Assembly (NCBI GenBank): GCA_021848025.1 | Contig: JAJZND010000018.1 | Coordinates: forward strand, 1 to 54,566 | Reading direction: 5' to 3' | Length of the DNA: 54,566 bases | DNA from: Candidatus Micrarchaeota archaeon | GTDB taxonomy: Archaea > Micrarchaeota > Micrarchaeia > Micrarchaeales > CABMGC01 | Shown here: in pieces, positions 18,608 to 28,565 of the stretch | Layout: every line of letters starts with the position of its first letter | Position numbering within the stretch: position 1 is the first letter of the stretch | The notes under the pieces: generated by a model | Seen by the model: the letters and a program-made list of their open reading frames with translations, nothing else | Told to the model about the DNA's origin: nothing | Databases searched by the model: none | Position numbers and translations under genes: made by a program

Positions 18608-19936
18608 ATGTATCCTGAGGATATACAGAAGCTGCTCGAGAAGCAAGGAATCAAGGCAGGCGATCTTGTAAAGATAAGAGTGCATGGCAAGGAGTTTGAG
18701 GGCACGCTGATGCCAAAGCCAGAGTCGGGAAGCAGAGATTCCATCATACTCAAGTTTGCAAATGGCTACAACGTCGGGCTGAAGATTGATGCCGGCTTCA
18801 GGATAGAAAAAATAAGGAGTCAGCCTGCTGTGGCATTTCCTTCCGGATCGCTCCGTTTCAATCCCTCTTTGAGCAAGGTGGAGATGATTTATACCGGAGG
18901 CACGATAGGCAGCAAAATAGACTATCTTACCGGAGGAGTGCACATGCTTACGAAGCCGGATGAGCTGTTGTATGATGTACCGGAGCTTGCAGAGATAGCA
19001 GAAATAAGAGTGAATAACCTGATGAGCATCGCGAGCGAGGACATCTCATATATGGAGTGGCAGAAAATTGCGAAGTCAGCAGCGGATGCCCTCAACAAAG
19101 GCGCCGAAGGCGTTATAATAACAATGGGCACTGACACTATGCACTATACTTCAGCTGCGCTCAGCTTCATGCTTGACAATCTTAATGCACCTGTAGTAAT
19201 TACCGGAGCACAAAGGAGCAGCGACCGCGGCTCAAGCGATGCATTCACAAACCTGATAAGCGCCGCATATCTGGCGTCAAGAAGCAACATAGCGGAAGTA
19301 GGGATATGCATGCATACGGGCATATCTGACAATGAATGGGGTTTCCTTAGAGGAACGAAGGTGAGGAAGATGCACACTACCAGAAGAGATGCGTTTAAGC
19401 CGGTAAACTCCAGGCCCATAGCGACAGTTAATAGCAAGGGTGAAATAAGATACATCAGCGCATACAAAAAGGTGGGCGATGAGCGTGCGGATGCAAAAGT
19501 AAATGCAGTTACTAAATTTGAGCCTAAGGTAGCCCTCCATAAGGTACATCCAAATTCAAGCCCCGAGCTGCTTGATTATTATGTAGAGAAAGGGTACAGG
19601 GGCGTGATATTGGAAGTTACAGGGATGGGGCATGCGCCTGTTTCCACCCAGCATGCAGAATACAATTGGCTTGGCAATATAAAAAGAGCGGTAGAAGCAG
19701 GCACCGTAATAGGCATAACGTCGCAGTGTTTGTACGGCAGGGTAAATAGCACAGTCTATAGGAATGCCAGGCTGATGAGCAGTGCCGGAGCAATATACTG
19801 CGAAGACATGCTTCCAGAAGTGGCTTACGTAAAGCTTGGCTTCCTGCTTGGAAACTACTCTAAGGAGAAGAGCGAAGAGCTGCTGGGCAAAGACATCTCC
19901 GGAGAGATAACCAAGAGAAGCGAAATCGAGGTATGA
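18608..19936 (+). CDS. gatD: Glutamyl-tRNA(Gln) amidotransferase subunit D
   Basis: NGYNVG N-domain, TGGTI, GTDTMHY, GAQRSSDRGSSDA and KMHTTRRDAF. Confidence 0.97.
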   Translation: MYPEDIQKLLEKQGIKAGDLVKIRVHGKEFEGTLMPKPESGSRDSIILKFANGYNVGLKIDAGFRIEKIRSQPAVAFPSGSLRFNPSLSKVEMIYTGGTIGSKIDYLTGGVHMLTKPDELLYDVPELAEIAEIRVNNLMSIASEDISYMEWQKIAKSAADALNKGAEGVIITMGTDTMHYTSAALSFMLDNLNAPVVITGAQRSSDRGSSDAFTNLISAAYLASRSNIAEVGICMHTGISDNEWGFLRGTKVRKMHTTRRDAFKPVNSRPIATVNSKGEIRYISAYKKVGDERADAKVNAVTKFEPKVALHKVHPNSSPELLDYYVEKGYRGVILEVTGMGHAPVSTQHAEYNWLGNIKRAVEAGTVIGITSQCLYGRVNSTVYRNARLMSSAGAIYCEDMLPEVAYVKLGFLLGNYSKEKSEELLGKDISGEITKRSEIEV

Positions 19937-21786
19937 AGATGCGTGAAAAATCTTTCTACAAGGAAATCGGATTCAAGTGCGGCCTGGAGATACACCAGCG
20001 CCTTGCAACAGAAGAGAAGCTTTTCTGCCCGTGCTCCGCAAATATGGGTCCTGACCAATTAATGGGAAAGATTGAAAGGGAGCAGCGCGCAGTGGCAGGA
20101 GAGCTTGGTGCTATAGATCTATCTACCCTTGTGGAGAGCGGCAAGAAGAGAAGATTTATCTATAACCTATATAATAAGGGCACGTGCCTGGTAGACATAG
20201 ACGAAGAACCTCCCCATTCGCCAAATAAAGAAGCGCTCAGAACAGCGCTTATAATAGCAAGCTCATTGAAATGTGAACTTACCTATGAAATCGAGCCAAT
20301 GAGGAAGGCTGTGGTCGACGGTAGCGATCCAAGCGCATTTCAGAGGAGCATGCTGGTAGGCTATGACGGTCACATAGAGGTTAAGAGCAGGCGTGTAGCC
20401 ATACCTTCTGTCTTCCTTGAAGAGGAATCAGGAGGCATAGAGGAGAACGATGAAAACTCGGCAACGTATAACCTCGACAGGCTGGGCATACCTCTCATCG
20501 AGATAGATACTGATCCATCTATAGAAGATCCGGTTCATGCAAAGGAAGTGGCCAAGGCAATAGGCTTGATACTGCGTATAACGGGAATGGTACAGCGCGG
20601 CATAGGTTCCATACGCCAGGACGTAAATATCTCAATAAAAGGCGGAGAGCGCGTAGAGATAAAGGGCTTTCAGGATCTTGACAAAATGGACCTGATAATA
20701 GACACCGAGATAAACAGGCACATCAAGCTGCTTGAAATAAAAGAGGAACTTGCAAAGAGAAAAGCCAGGGTAGGCAAGCCGGTGAATGTTACGGGCGCAT
20801 TTACAAATACCAATGTGAAGATACTGGATGAGCAGATCAGAAAGGGCGGCATCGCGCTGGCCGTTAAGCTTGAGGGTTATAAAGGCCTGCTGGGCATGGA
20901 GATAGCGCCTGAGACGCGCCTTGGAAGCGAGATAAGCGGTTACGCGAAGACTGCAGGTGCAAAGGGCATAATCCACAGCGATGAGAATCTGAAAGAATAT
21001 GGGTTTTCTTCCGAAGAGCTGGAATGGCTTTCAAAAGATCTTGGAATCGGACCCCATGACGCATTTATTATTATAGCAGAGTCGGCAGAGAGATGCGGCA
21101 AGGCAATGGAGATGGCATTAAAAAGGGCAGAGATAGCTAAGGAAGGAGTTCCTCCTGAAACAAGGAGCATAAACATGCGCAGCCATGCTACCAGATTCCT
21201 GCGCCCGATGCCCGGCGGCTCAAGGATGTATCCTGAGACTGATTTATTTCCAATCTCTGCAGCAGATATTGCAAAGGAAGCAGAAAGGATGAAGGTTGAT
21301 CCTGATGCAATCTGGAGAGAGTTGGAAGAGGAGATAGGGAATAGGCAGCTTGCCGAGCAGATGCTCTGGTCTAAAGATCTGCAGCTATATAAGCGAATAG
21401 TAAAATTGGCCAATGCAACGCCGTTTGTAGTTGCATCCGTACTGCTTGAAAAAATGAGAGAGCTGAAAAGAAACGGCGTGGACGTTGATTCGGTAAACGA
21501 GGAAGCGCTTGTCAGGGCATTTGAGCTCTATTCACGCGATGCGATAACAAGGACTGGTATAGAAGTAATAATAAGGCATACGCCTTCCTCGGCCAAAGAA
21601 GTCGAACGTATAGTAAAGGAGGAGCATCTGAAAAGGATAACTGGAAACGAGCTCGCGGAGCTTGTAAGCAGGTACGGCAGCGGCTCAAAGGCTGAAGAGG
21701 TATTTAAGCAGATAATGCTCAAGTATAAGCTAAGCATTGATGCTAAAGAACTTAAAAGTGTTTTAGGTGTTAAAGATGGAGTATAA
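19933..21786 (+). CDS. gatE: Glutamyl-tRNA(Gln) amidotransferase subunit E
   Basis: GLEIHQRL, KLFCPC, DEEPPH, RGIGSIRQDVN and RPMPGGSRMYPETD; coupled to gatD. Confidence 0.97.
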   Translation: MKMREKSFYKEIGFKCGLEIHQRLATEEKLFCPCSANMGPDQLMGKIEREQRAVAGELGAIDLSTLVESGKKRRFIYNLYNKGTCLVDIDEEPPHSPNKEALRTALIIASSLKCELTYEIEPMRKAVVDGSDPSAFQRSMLVGYDGHIEVKSRRVAIPSVFLEEESGGIEENDENSATYNLDRLGIPLIEIDTDPSIEDPVHAKEVAKAIGLILRITGMVQRGIGSIRQDVNISIKGGERVEIKGFQDLDKMDLIIDTEINRHIKLLEIKEELAKRKARVGKPVNVTGAFTNTNVKILDEQIRKGGIALAVKLEGYKGLLGMEIAPETRLGSEISGYAKTAGAKGIIHSDENLKEYGFSSEELEWLSKDLGIGPHDAFIIIAESAERCGKAMEMALKRAEIAKEGVPPETRSINMRSHATRFLRPMPGGSRMYPETDLFPISAADIAKEAERMKVDPDAIWRELEEEIGNRQLAEQMLWSKDLQLYKRIVKLANATPFVVASVLLEKMRELKRNGVDVDSVNEEALVRAFELYSRDAITRTGIEVIIRHTPSSAKEVERIVKEEHLKRITGNELAELVSRYGSGSKAEEVFKQIMLKYKLSIDAKELKSVLGVKDGV

Positions 21787-22465
21787 AATAATAGGAAACT
21801 CGATGCAGGTGCTCAACGTTTCGCTGGATGAAGGGGAAAGCATACTGTCAGATTCAGGGAAACTTGTCAGCAAGACAGAGACAATACAGATGGCGCCGCA
21901 TCTTGTGGGCGGGCTTGTGGGTGCCATAGAGAGGAAGGTTACCGGAGCAACTGCAATGCTTACCATATTTTCCGCAAAGGGAGACAAGGGGATGGTCTCT
22001 GTTTCCGGAGTGATGCCTGGAAAAATAAGGTGCATTACACTTGCAGAAGGGGAGCAGTTTGTTACTGAGGACCACGCATTTCTGGCATGCGACAGCACTG
22101 TTCAGTACAAGATTGAGCCTGTGGGCATAGGCGCTGCATTCTTTGGCGGTGCAGGTCTGATACTCCAGAGGTTTGTAGGGCCGGGAAATGTCTACATGCA
22201 TGTAGTAGGAGATACAATAGAATACGACCTTGACGGCACCGCCGCACTTGAAGTAGATCCGGGGCATATAGCGGGCTTTGACGCCAACCTGCAATACAAA
22301 ATACGGTTTGTAGACAACATACGCACAGCAATGTTCGGAGGCGTGGGTCTCTTCCTCGCCAAATTCACAGGAAAAGGAAAGGTAATACTCCATACTGTTT
22401 CCAGGTTCAAGCTCACTTCTGAGGTGTATCTGGAAGGCCGGCAGGAAAATCCTCCAAAAAAGTAG
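21767..22465 (+). CDS. AIM24/TIGR00266 family protein
   Basis: YKIIGNSMQVL, FFGGAGLILQRF and VDPGHIAGF repeats. Confidence 0.85.
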   Translation: MLKMEYKIIGNSMQVLNVSLDEGESILSDSGKLVSKTETIQMAPHLVGGLVGAIERKVTGATAMLTIFSAKGDKGMVSVSGVMPGKIRCITLAEGEQFVTEDHAFLACDSTVQYKIEPVGIGAAFFGGAGLILQRFVGPGNVYMHVVGDTIEYDLDGTAALEVDPGHIAGFDANLQYKIRFVDNIRTAMFGGVGLFLAKFTGKGKVILHTVSRFKLTSEVYLEGRQENPPKK

Positions 22466-22474
22466 GCGCGATGC

Positions 22475-23005
22475 ATGGAAAAGCCAGAAACGGTGTACAA
22501 CGGCACAGCGCTGCGAGTGGAGAGATATCCTGTTGGTAAGGGAAGAACGAGAGAATACTTCGAGAGGGTGACAAGCCCTGATTCTGTAATGATGATACCT
22601 GTTTTGAAAGACGGCAGGCTGCTGATAGAAAGGCAATTCAGGCATAGCATAGGAAAGTATCTCTACGAGCTCCCTGCAGGCAGGATGGAAGCCGGAGAGG
22701 ATCCTAGGCAAGCTGCGCTTAGAGAACTTGAGGAAGAGACAGGATACAAGGCAGGGAAGATGAAGTTTCTGTTCAGCTCGTATCCTTCGCCTGGACACGA
22801 TACCGAAGTGATGCGCGTCTACCTTGCAACAGACCTTGCAAAAGGGAAGACGCACAAGGATCCGAACGAGATAATTTCAACAAGGGCGATGACAGCCGGA
22901 GAATTGTTGCGCCTGATCAAGAACGGCCGCATACCTGACATGAAGACGATAGCGGGCATACTCCTCTATCTCAGCTTATATGGCAATGCAAGTAAAATCC
23001 ATTGA
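22475..23005 (+). CDS. NUDIX hydrolase (ADP-ribose pyrophosphatase-like)
   Basis: Nudix box PAGRMEAGEDPRQAALRELEEETGY plus QFR and SPG motifs. Confidence 0.92.
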   Translation: MEKPETVYNGTALRVERYPVGKGRTREYFERVTSPDSVMMIPVLKDGRLLIERQFRHSIGKYLYELPAGRMEAGEDPRQAALRELEEETGYKAGKMKFLFSSYPSPGHDTEVMRVYLATDLAKGKTHKDPNEIISTRAMTAGELLRLIKNGRIPDMKTIAGILLYLSLYGNASKIH

Positions 23006-23016
23006 ATAAAGCACAA

Positions 23017-23030
23017 TTTATTTAAAACCC
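23017..23030 (+). promoter_or_regulatory. Probable TATA box of the 5S rRNA gene
   Basis: TTTATTTAAAA about 25 nt upstream of the 5S 5' end. Confidence 0.5.
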
Positions 23031-23047
23031 ACAGTGCATATAAATAA

Positions 23048-23161
23048 TGTCAACGGCCATAGGAGCAGGGTCACGCCCGAACCCATCCCGAACTCGGAAG
23101 CTAAGCCTGCTCACGATGTGGAATACTGCCTAACCGGTGGGAAAACACATTGCTGTTGGCA
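23048..23161 (+). rRNA. rrf: 5S rRNA (stand-alone)
   Basis: Helix I TGTCAACGGC/GCTGTTGGCA and the conserved GGCCATAG…ACCCATCCCGAACTCGGAAGCTAAGCC core. Confidence 0.93.
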
Positions 23162-23165
23162 CTAT

Positions 23166-24083
23166 TTATCCCTCAAGAATTATCTTCGAGGCAAGCCATT
23201 GCAAGTTTACCGCATTGCTGCCAGATACGGCGCTGGACCGGAGAGCCACATCGATGGACTCGGAGATGCGGTAAAAGTGCCCTAGCCCATATCTGCGATG
23301 CACTCCTATCCTGTCTGCATAAGCAGCTATTACTTTGGAAGATGCGATGGCGTCTTCAACAGCATCGTGCCCAAGCACCTTGCTTATCGCCACCTCATCG
23401 CTCTGATTTATGCCTATACCTGCATCACACTCGTTCCTGCTTAACCATCTGCACTCGAAGACCTCCAAATGCAACTCCTTTCCATGCTGCTGAGGAACTA
23501 CAACCACAATTACATCAAGCTTCCGGATAAGTCCGGTGCTTACCTTGAAAGGGTGCAGCTGCAGGCTGCCTAGCAGGGCTCCTGGTTCATGAAAACCATC
23601 TATTGCAACTGCAAAGTGCATGCAAAAATTATCGCATCTAAATACGGAGTCGGCCTGTCCTGGAATCAGTGCGCCAGCGAAAATGCGATCATAATTTGCA
23701 AGTTCGCCATTCTCCCCTATAAGGCCTGAGATATCTGCTTTCGTTGCGCCATTGCATGGCAGAATTGTATTTTCATATGGCAGCCTGTCTGGCAGCCTGC
23801 GCCTGCCATCGCACAGTATTGCTGTTCTGTGGTGGACCGGAACAAGCGGCAGAAGCTGCATTAGCAGATCAGCGCTTCTTCCGTCTTCGGATATCACTGC
23901 AATATTCATCTCAGTACGCAGAGCCAGGCCCAGATATGCAAGCATATTGCTTTCCAGAGTGTACTGCAAATAGCATCTGGACTCCGGGACCATCATATTG
24001 AACTTCCGTTCTAAAAGTGCATTCTCCAAGTTCTTTGCTGCACGCAGTGCGTTGGCTTTCAGCATCCGAAAAACTTTTATCAT
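23166..24083 (-). CDS. Degenerate VirB11/CpaF/FlaI-like ATPase-fold protein, probably catalytically dead
   Basis: MLAYLGLALRTEMNIAV and LQLHPFKVSTGLIRKLDVIVVV parallel the ATPase at 44108, but there is no Walker A or B. Confidence 0.6.
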   Translation of the reverse strand: MIKVFRMLKANALRAAKNLENALLERKFNMMVPESRCYLQYTLESNMLAYLGLALRTEMNIAVISEDGRSADLLMQLLPLVPVHHRTAILCDGRRRLPDRLPYENTILPCNGATKADISGLIGENGELANYDRIFAGALIPGQADSVFRCDNFCMHFAVAIDGFHEPGALLGSLQLHPFKVSTGLIRKLDVIVVVVPQQHGKELHLEVFECRWLSRNECDAGIGINQSDEVAISKVLGHDAVEDAIASSKVIAAYADRIGVHRRYGLGHFYRISESIDVALRSSAVSGSNAVNLQWLASKIILEG

Positions 24084-24234
24084 AGTATCAAATCATATAC
24101 TTAAATATATGATTATACTTATCTGATGGCAAAGCTTATATATATTCCTAAATCCGTTGTATGAGAATAAAATCTGCAGAAGAGCAATAACACCGAATAT
24201 ACATTTATAAAACTTAATGTAGTTAGGTTATATT

Positions 24235-24579
24235 GTGGTGCGTGAAGTGGCGAAGAGAGAAAAACCTGAAGATGGAATCTGGCTTATCAGAAAGGTCCTG
24301 AGCAAGCCTAATTATGCGGTCTTGAAGCTGCTTATGGTAAAGTCCCCGAGGACTACCCGCGAGCTCTACACTGTGCTTGGCAAAAGTTTCACAAGGAAGA
24401 CGCTTATACTGACGCTTAGGAACCTGTCAATGAACTTAAATATTTTGCAGCCTACGCACATAAGGACAGACAGGGGATATGACCTGGGATACAACATAAA
24501 TCCTAAACTCAAGGAAGTGATTAAGTCGATGGAGAAGTTTGAAAAGATAGTTGAGGGCATAACCGGAATAAAGGAATAA
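24235..24579 (+). CDS. Winged-helix DNA-binding protein
   Basis: Small basic ORF with SPRTTRELY…TRKTLILTLRNL…GYNIN. Confidence 0.7.
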   Translation: MVREVAKREKPEDGIWLIRKVLSKPNYAVLKLLMVKSPRTTRELYTVLGKSFTRKTLILTLRNLSMNLNILQPTHIRTDRGYDLGYNINPKLKEVIKSMEKFEKIVEGITGIKE

Positions 24580-24649
24580 GCTGCGCAGTAAATATGCACA
24601 AGCTTGTTATTTATTTGCCCCGCAATCTCTATCTTAAAGAGGATTTTAA

Positions 24650-25366
24650 ATGATACTTAATAAACCATACCTTCTCTCAGAGATTAAAAAACTGACACCA
24701 ACTGTTTCTTCATTTGTTTTCAGTCCGCAGGACAACGCGAGTATAGATTTTTCGCCAGGAATGTTTGCAATGCTCCAGTTCAAGGGAGAGCAGCCGGGAG
24801 AAACAGTCGCTAGGGCCTTCTCCATGGCTAACTGCCCTCCTTCGCCTGAATTCGAATTCCTTATCGCACTGGTCCATGGAAAGCTTACTTCACACCTTGA
24901 AAATGCCCGGATTGGCGATCTTTACTATATCTCAGCGCCTTACGGCCAGTTCAAGTTCGATTTCAGCGAAAAGAACAAGTTTCTTTTCCTGGCCGGAGGG
25001 ACGGGGCTGGCCCCGTTTATCTCAATGCTGCGATACATCAAATCCAAGGGAATAAAGGCAGACTGCAGGCTCATATACAGCGTAAAGTATCCTGACGAGA
25101 TAATAAATAAGGGCGAGCTGGAGGCTTTTGGCAGGAGCATAGGCCTTAAGACAACAGTCACAGTAACCAGGCCGCAGCCAGGAGACGGCTGGAATGGCGA
25201 GAAAGGGCATGTAAACGCTGAAATGATAAAGAGGGATGCTCCGGATTGTGCTGACAGGATAAGCTATATATGCGGGCCACCTGCGTTTGTCAAGGCCCTC
25301 AAAGATGCGCTGATAAGCCTCGGCGTAAACGAGAAGAGCATAAAAGCAGAGATGTGGGGAGAATAA
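24650..25366 (+). CDS. Ferredoxin-NADP reductase-like FAD/NAD(P) oxidoreductase
   Basis: RAFSMA, GKLT, PYGQF, LAGGTGLAPF, YICGPP and a terminal EMWG. Confidence 0.92.
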   Translation: MILNKPYLLSEIKKLTPTVSSFVFSPQDNASIDFSPGMFAMLQFKGEQPGETVARAFSMANCPPSPEFEFLIALVHGKLTSHLENARIGDLYYISAPYGQFKFDFSEKNKFLFLAGGTGLAPFISMLRYIKSKGIKADCRLIYSVKYPDEIINKGELEAFGRSIGLKTTVTVTRPQPGDGWNGEKGHVNAEMIKRDAPDCADRISYICGPPAFVKALKDALISLGVNEKSIKAEMWGE

Positions 25367-25483
25367 TAATCGTTTTCCTGCACCGCCATAATGTTAGACA
25401 AATAACTAACAGATGTAAAGGGCTTTAAGCTAGCAGCAACGATGCTTCACATGAATATTAAGCAATTTTAAGTAATTGATTAT

Positions 25484-26533
25484 ATGGCTGGCATAGTAGG
25501 TTATGGCGCGCATGTGCCTAGATACAGGATAAAAGTCGAAGAGATAGCCAAGGTATGGGACGAAGACGCAAAGAGCATCAAGAATGGGCTTAATATAACG
25601 GAGAAGAGCGTACCCTCACATGATGAGGATGCGGCTACGATAGCTACTGAAGCGGGCAGGCGGGCAGTGCATCATGCCGGCATTGACCCAAAGGAGATAG
25701 GCGCAATATATGTTGGTTCAGAATCCCATCCATATGCAGTCAAACCCACAGCAACCGTTGTTTCTCAGGCGATCGGAGCAGGCAACAATCTTACTGCTGC
25801 AGATCTTGAATTTGCATGCAAGGCAGGAACCGCCGGATTGCAGATGCTTATGGGCATGACTGACAGCGGCATGATAAAATACGGCATGTCAATAGGCAGC
25901 GATACTTCCCAGGGCAGACCTGGAGATGCGCTTGAATATACTGCAAGCGCGGGAGGCGCAGCATTTATAGTGGGCAAGGAGAAGAAGGAAGTTATCGCAG
26001 AGATACTGGCTACTGCAAGCTACACTTCCGATACGCCGGATTTCTGGAGAAGGGAAGGGGCCATGTATCCTTCGCATGGGGGAAGGTTTACTGGCGAGCC
26101 TGCTTATTTCAAGCACATAATAAGCGCTACAAAACTGCTATTTGAGAAAACAGGGCTAAAGCCAGAAGATTTTGCGTTCGCAGTCTTTCATCAGCCAAAC
26201 GGCAAGTTTCCCTTAGTAGTTTCAAAGAAGCTCGGATTTGCAGAGCACCAGGTCCAGGATGGTCTCTTGACTCCGAAGATAGGGAATACCTATTCTGGAG
26301 CTTCAATGCTCGGGCTCGCTGCCGTACTAGACAAGGCGAAACCCGGCGACAAAATACTTGTGACTAGTTTCGGTTCCGGGGCAGGCAGCGATTCATTCGC
26401 CATAGAAGCCAAAGAGCCGATAATTGAGAAAAGGGAGAGACTGGCAAAGGTGGAGGACATTATAAACAAGAACAAGATCTACGTCGACTACTCTGTTTAT
26501 CTTAAGAACAGGAATTCTATCGTAAAGAACTAG
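25484..26533 (+). CDS. hmgS: Hydroxymethylglutaryl-CoA synthase (archaeal)
   Basis: [33 protein letters not shown] and SFGSGAGSD. Confidence 0.96.
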   Translation: MAGIVGYGAHVPRYRIKVEEIAKVWDEDAKSIKNGLNITEKSVPSHDEDAATIATEAGRRAVHHAGIDPKEIGAIYVGSESHPYAVKPTATVVSQAIGAGNNLTAADLEFACKAGTAGLQMLMGMTDSGMIKYGMSIGSDTSQGRPGDALEYTASAGGAAFIVGKEKKEVIAEILATASYTSDTPDFWRREGAMYPSHGGRFTGEPAYFKHIISATKLLFEKTGLKPEDFAFAVFHQPNGKFPLVVSKKLGFAEHQVQDGLLTPKIGNTYSGASMLGLAAVLDKAKPGDKILVTSFGSGAGSDSFAIEAKEPIIEKRERLAKVEDIINKNKIYVDYSVYLKNRNSIVKN

Positions 26534-26535
26534 GT

Positions 26536-27705
26536 GTGATTATGAGAGATGTTGCAGTAATAGGGGCAGGCCTTACAAGATTCGGGGAGAGATGGGAGCA
26601 TGGGCTCCGCGAGCTCATCGCTGAAGCCGGAATGCAGGCAATAATGGATGCGAATATCGAGAGCAAGGATATACAGATAGTATATGGCAGCACCATGGCA
26701 AGCGGTCGTTTTGTAGGCCAGGAGCATCTCGCAGCACTTCTGGCAGACCAGATGGGCTTCAAGAATGTACCGGCAGTAAGAGTAGAGAATGCGTGCGCCA
26801 GCGGAGGGAGCGCGGTAAGGCAGGGATACATTGCAGTTGCGAGTGGCATGTACGATATAGCGGTAATCGGCGGTGTGGAGAAGATGACTGATGTCACTAC
26901 GGCAGAAGCAACCACGGCGCTTGGAGGAGCCGGCGACCAGGAGTGGGAGCTCGCCCAAGGCATAACATTTCCAGGGCTATACGCACTTATAGCAAACAGG
27001 CACATGCATGAGTACAAGACAACCGAGGAGCAGATGGCAAGCGTAGCGGTAAAGAATCACAGGAATGCAATCAAGAACAAATACGCACAGTTTCACAAGG
27101 AGATCACTATAGACGAAGTGCTTAAGTCAAAGATAGTTTCTGACCCACTTAAGGTACTTGACTGTTCTCCGATATCAGACGGAGCGGCAGTAATAGTTCT
27201 GGCACCGCTTGAGAGTGCAAAGAAATACAATGACACACCCATCAAGATAGCTGCAAGCGCGCAGGCAAGCGATACGCTCGCATTAGCCGACAGAGACTCC
27301 CTGACTGAACTTAAAGCAACGCGTCTTGCAGGCCGCGACGCCTATGCAAAAGCAAGGTTAAAACCAACAGACATAAATGTTGCTGAGGTGCATGACTGCT
27401 TTACCATAGCCGAGATACTGGCAATGGAAGATCTTGATTTCTATGGAAAGGGCAAGGCAGCAAAGGCGATAGAGGATGGTGAAACTGAGATCAATGGCAA
27501 GATATCGATAAATACCAGCGGAGGGCTGAAAGGATGCGGCCATCCGGTAGGCGCAACAGGGGTAAAGCAGATAGCAGAGATAGTGACGCAGCTGAGAGGA
27601 GAGGCAGGGGAGAGACAGGTGGCCGGAGCAGAAGTAGGACTTACTCACAATGTGGGGGGTAGCGGCGCCACTGCAGTGGTTCATATACTCAACAGAGTCA
27701 ATTGA
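26536..27705 (+). CDS. Acetoacetyl-CoA thiolase (archaeal)
   Basis: ENACASG, EVHDCF, GHPVGATG and HNVGG; in an operon with HMGCS and DUF35. Confidence 0.95.
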   Translation: MIMRDVAVIGAGLTRFGERWEHGLRELIAEAGMQAIMDANIESKDIQIVYGSTMASGRFVGQEHLAALLADQMGFKNVPAVRVENACASGGSAVRQGYIAVASGMYDIAVIGGVEKMTDVTTAEATTALGGAGDQEWELAQGITFPGLYALIANRHMHEYKTTEEQMASVAVKNHRNAIKNKYAQFHKEITIDEVLKSKIVSDPLKVLDCSPISDGAAVIVLAPLESAKKYNDTPIKIAASAQASDTLALADRDSLTELKATRLAGRDAYAKARLKPTDINVAEVHDCFTIAEILAMEDLDFYGKGKAAKAIEDGETEINGKISINTSGGLKGCGHPVGATGVKQIAEIVTQLRGEAGERQVAGAEVGLTHNVGGSGATAVVHILNRVN

Positions 27706-28112
27706 TGGTAAAAATGGAAAGGGCATCTGCTAGCTTGTGGAGAAGGATAAACGAAAGGTACAATTTGGTAGGCAATAAATGCGAAAACTGCGGAAGGATA
27801 TACTTCCCTAAGAGGATAGTCTGCAGGCAGTGCGGCAGGAAGACCAAAATGACTGAGACAAAGCTAAGCGGCAATGGAAAGGTGTACGCTGTGACCAAGA
27901 TACGCGTACCTGCCCAGGCGTTCAAGGACAGTGCACCATATACTGTGGCAGTGGTGGAGCTTGAAGAAGGCCCCAGAGTAGAAGGCCATGTAGTGGACGC
28001 AGGCAATGGAGAAGTAAAGATAGGGACAAAGGTGCATTCGGTATTCAGGAAAATGCATGCTGACGGAGAAGAAGGCCTCATATATTATCACTTTAAGTTC
28101 GAGCCCGTATAA
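27702..28112 (+). CDS. DUF35 Zn-ribbon/OB-fold scaffold of the thiolase-HMGCS complex
   Basis: CENCG…PKRIVCRQCG, PY…VVELEEG and FRK…GLIYY. Confidence 0.93.
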   Translation: MMVKMERASASLWRRINERYNLVGNKCENCGRIYFPKRIVCRQCGRKTKMTETKLSGNGKVYAVTKIRVPAQAFKDSAPYTVAVVELEEGPRVEGHVVDAGNGEVKIGTKVHSVFRKMHADGEEGLIYYHFKFEPV

Positions 28113-28565
28113 AATAGCACAGGCGGTGCGTAATCCGGAGGAAATGTCACCAGAAATGTATTATCTCCTTTTCCCTATGTACCAACCATGCGTGCGATTT
28201 TAGAGGTTTGATCAGTTCCTAAACCTTTCCAGCCTCGTGCATATTCTTGTTTATTTCAAAATTCACTGCTTAGGGCGTGGAAACAATGCTGATGGCCTGC
28301 GGGATGCTGCTTACAATAGCTGCCGGCACTGACAATGCATCCAACCGTTTTGAGGCAGTTGCGTTAGGATGCATCGCAGGCAATAACCTATCCTGATTTG
28401 CCATCTCTGACTCTATCTTGTACTCGTTTAAGGGCAGTGCATAGTTGCATTTTACACTCTGAAAGACAAAAGAAAGAGCCAGCAGGTGCCATTTGTGATT
28501 TTGCGGCATTCCCATATCCTTAAACGGCGCAGTATTTCATGCTCACTTTGTTTAAAAAACAGGCT

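Noticed and set aside
21854-22855. 333-aa minus-strand ORF and many similar shadow ORFs
   Set aside because: Antisense to well-supported genes (AIM24, NUDIX) with no recognisable motifs.
23034-23285. 83-aa ORF in the track
   Set aside because: It overlaps the 5S rRNA gene and is spurious.
28270-28515. 81-aa minus-strand ORF in the spacer after DUF35
   Set aside because: No motif or family recognised. It may be decayed sequence and cannot be supported as a gene.
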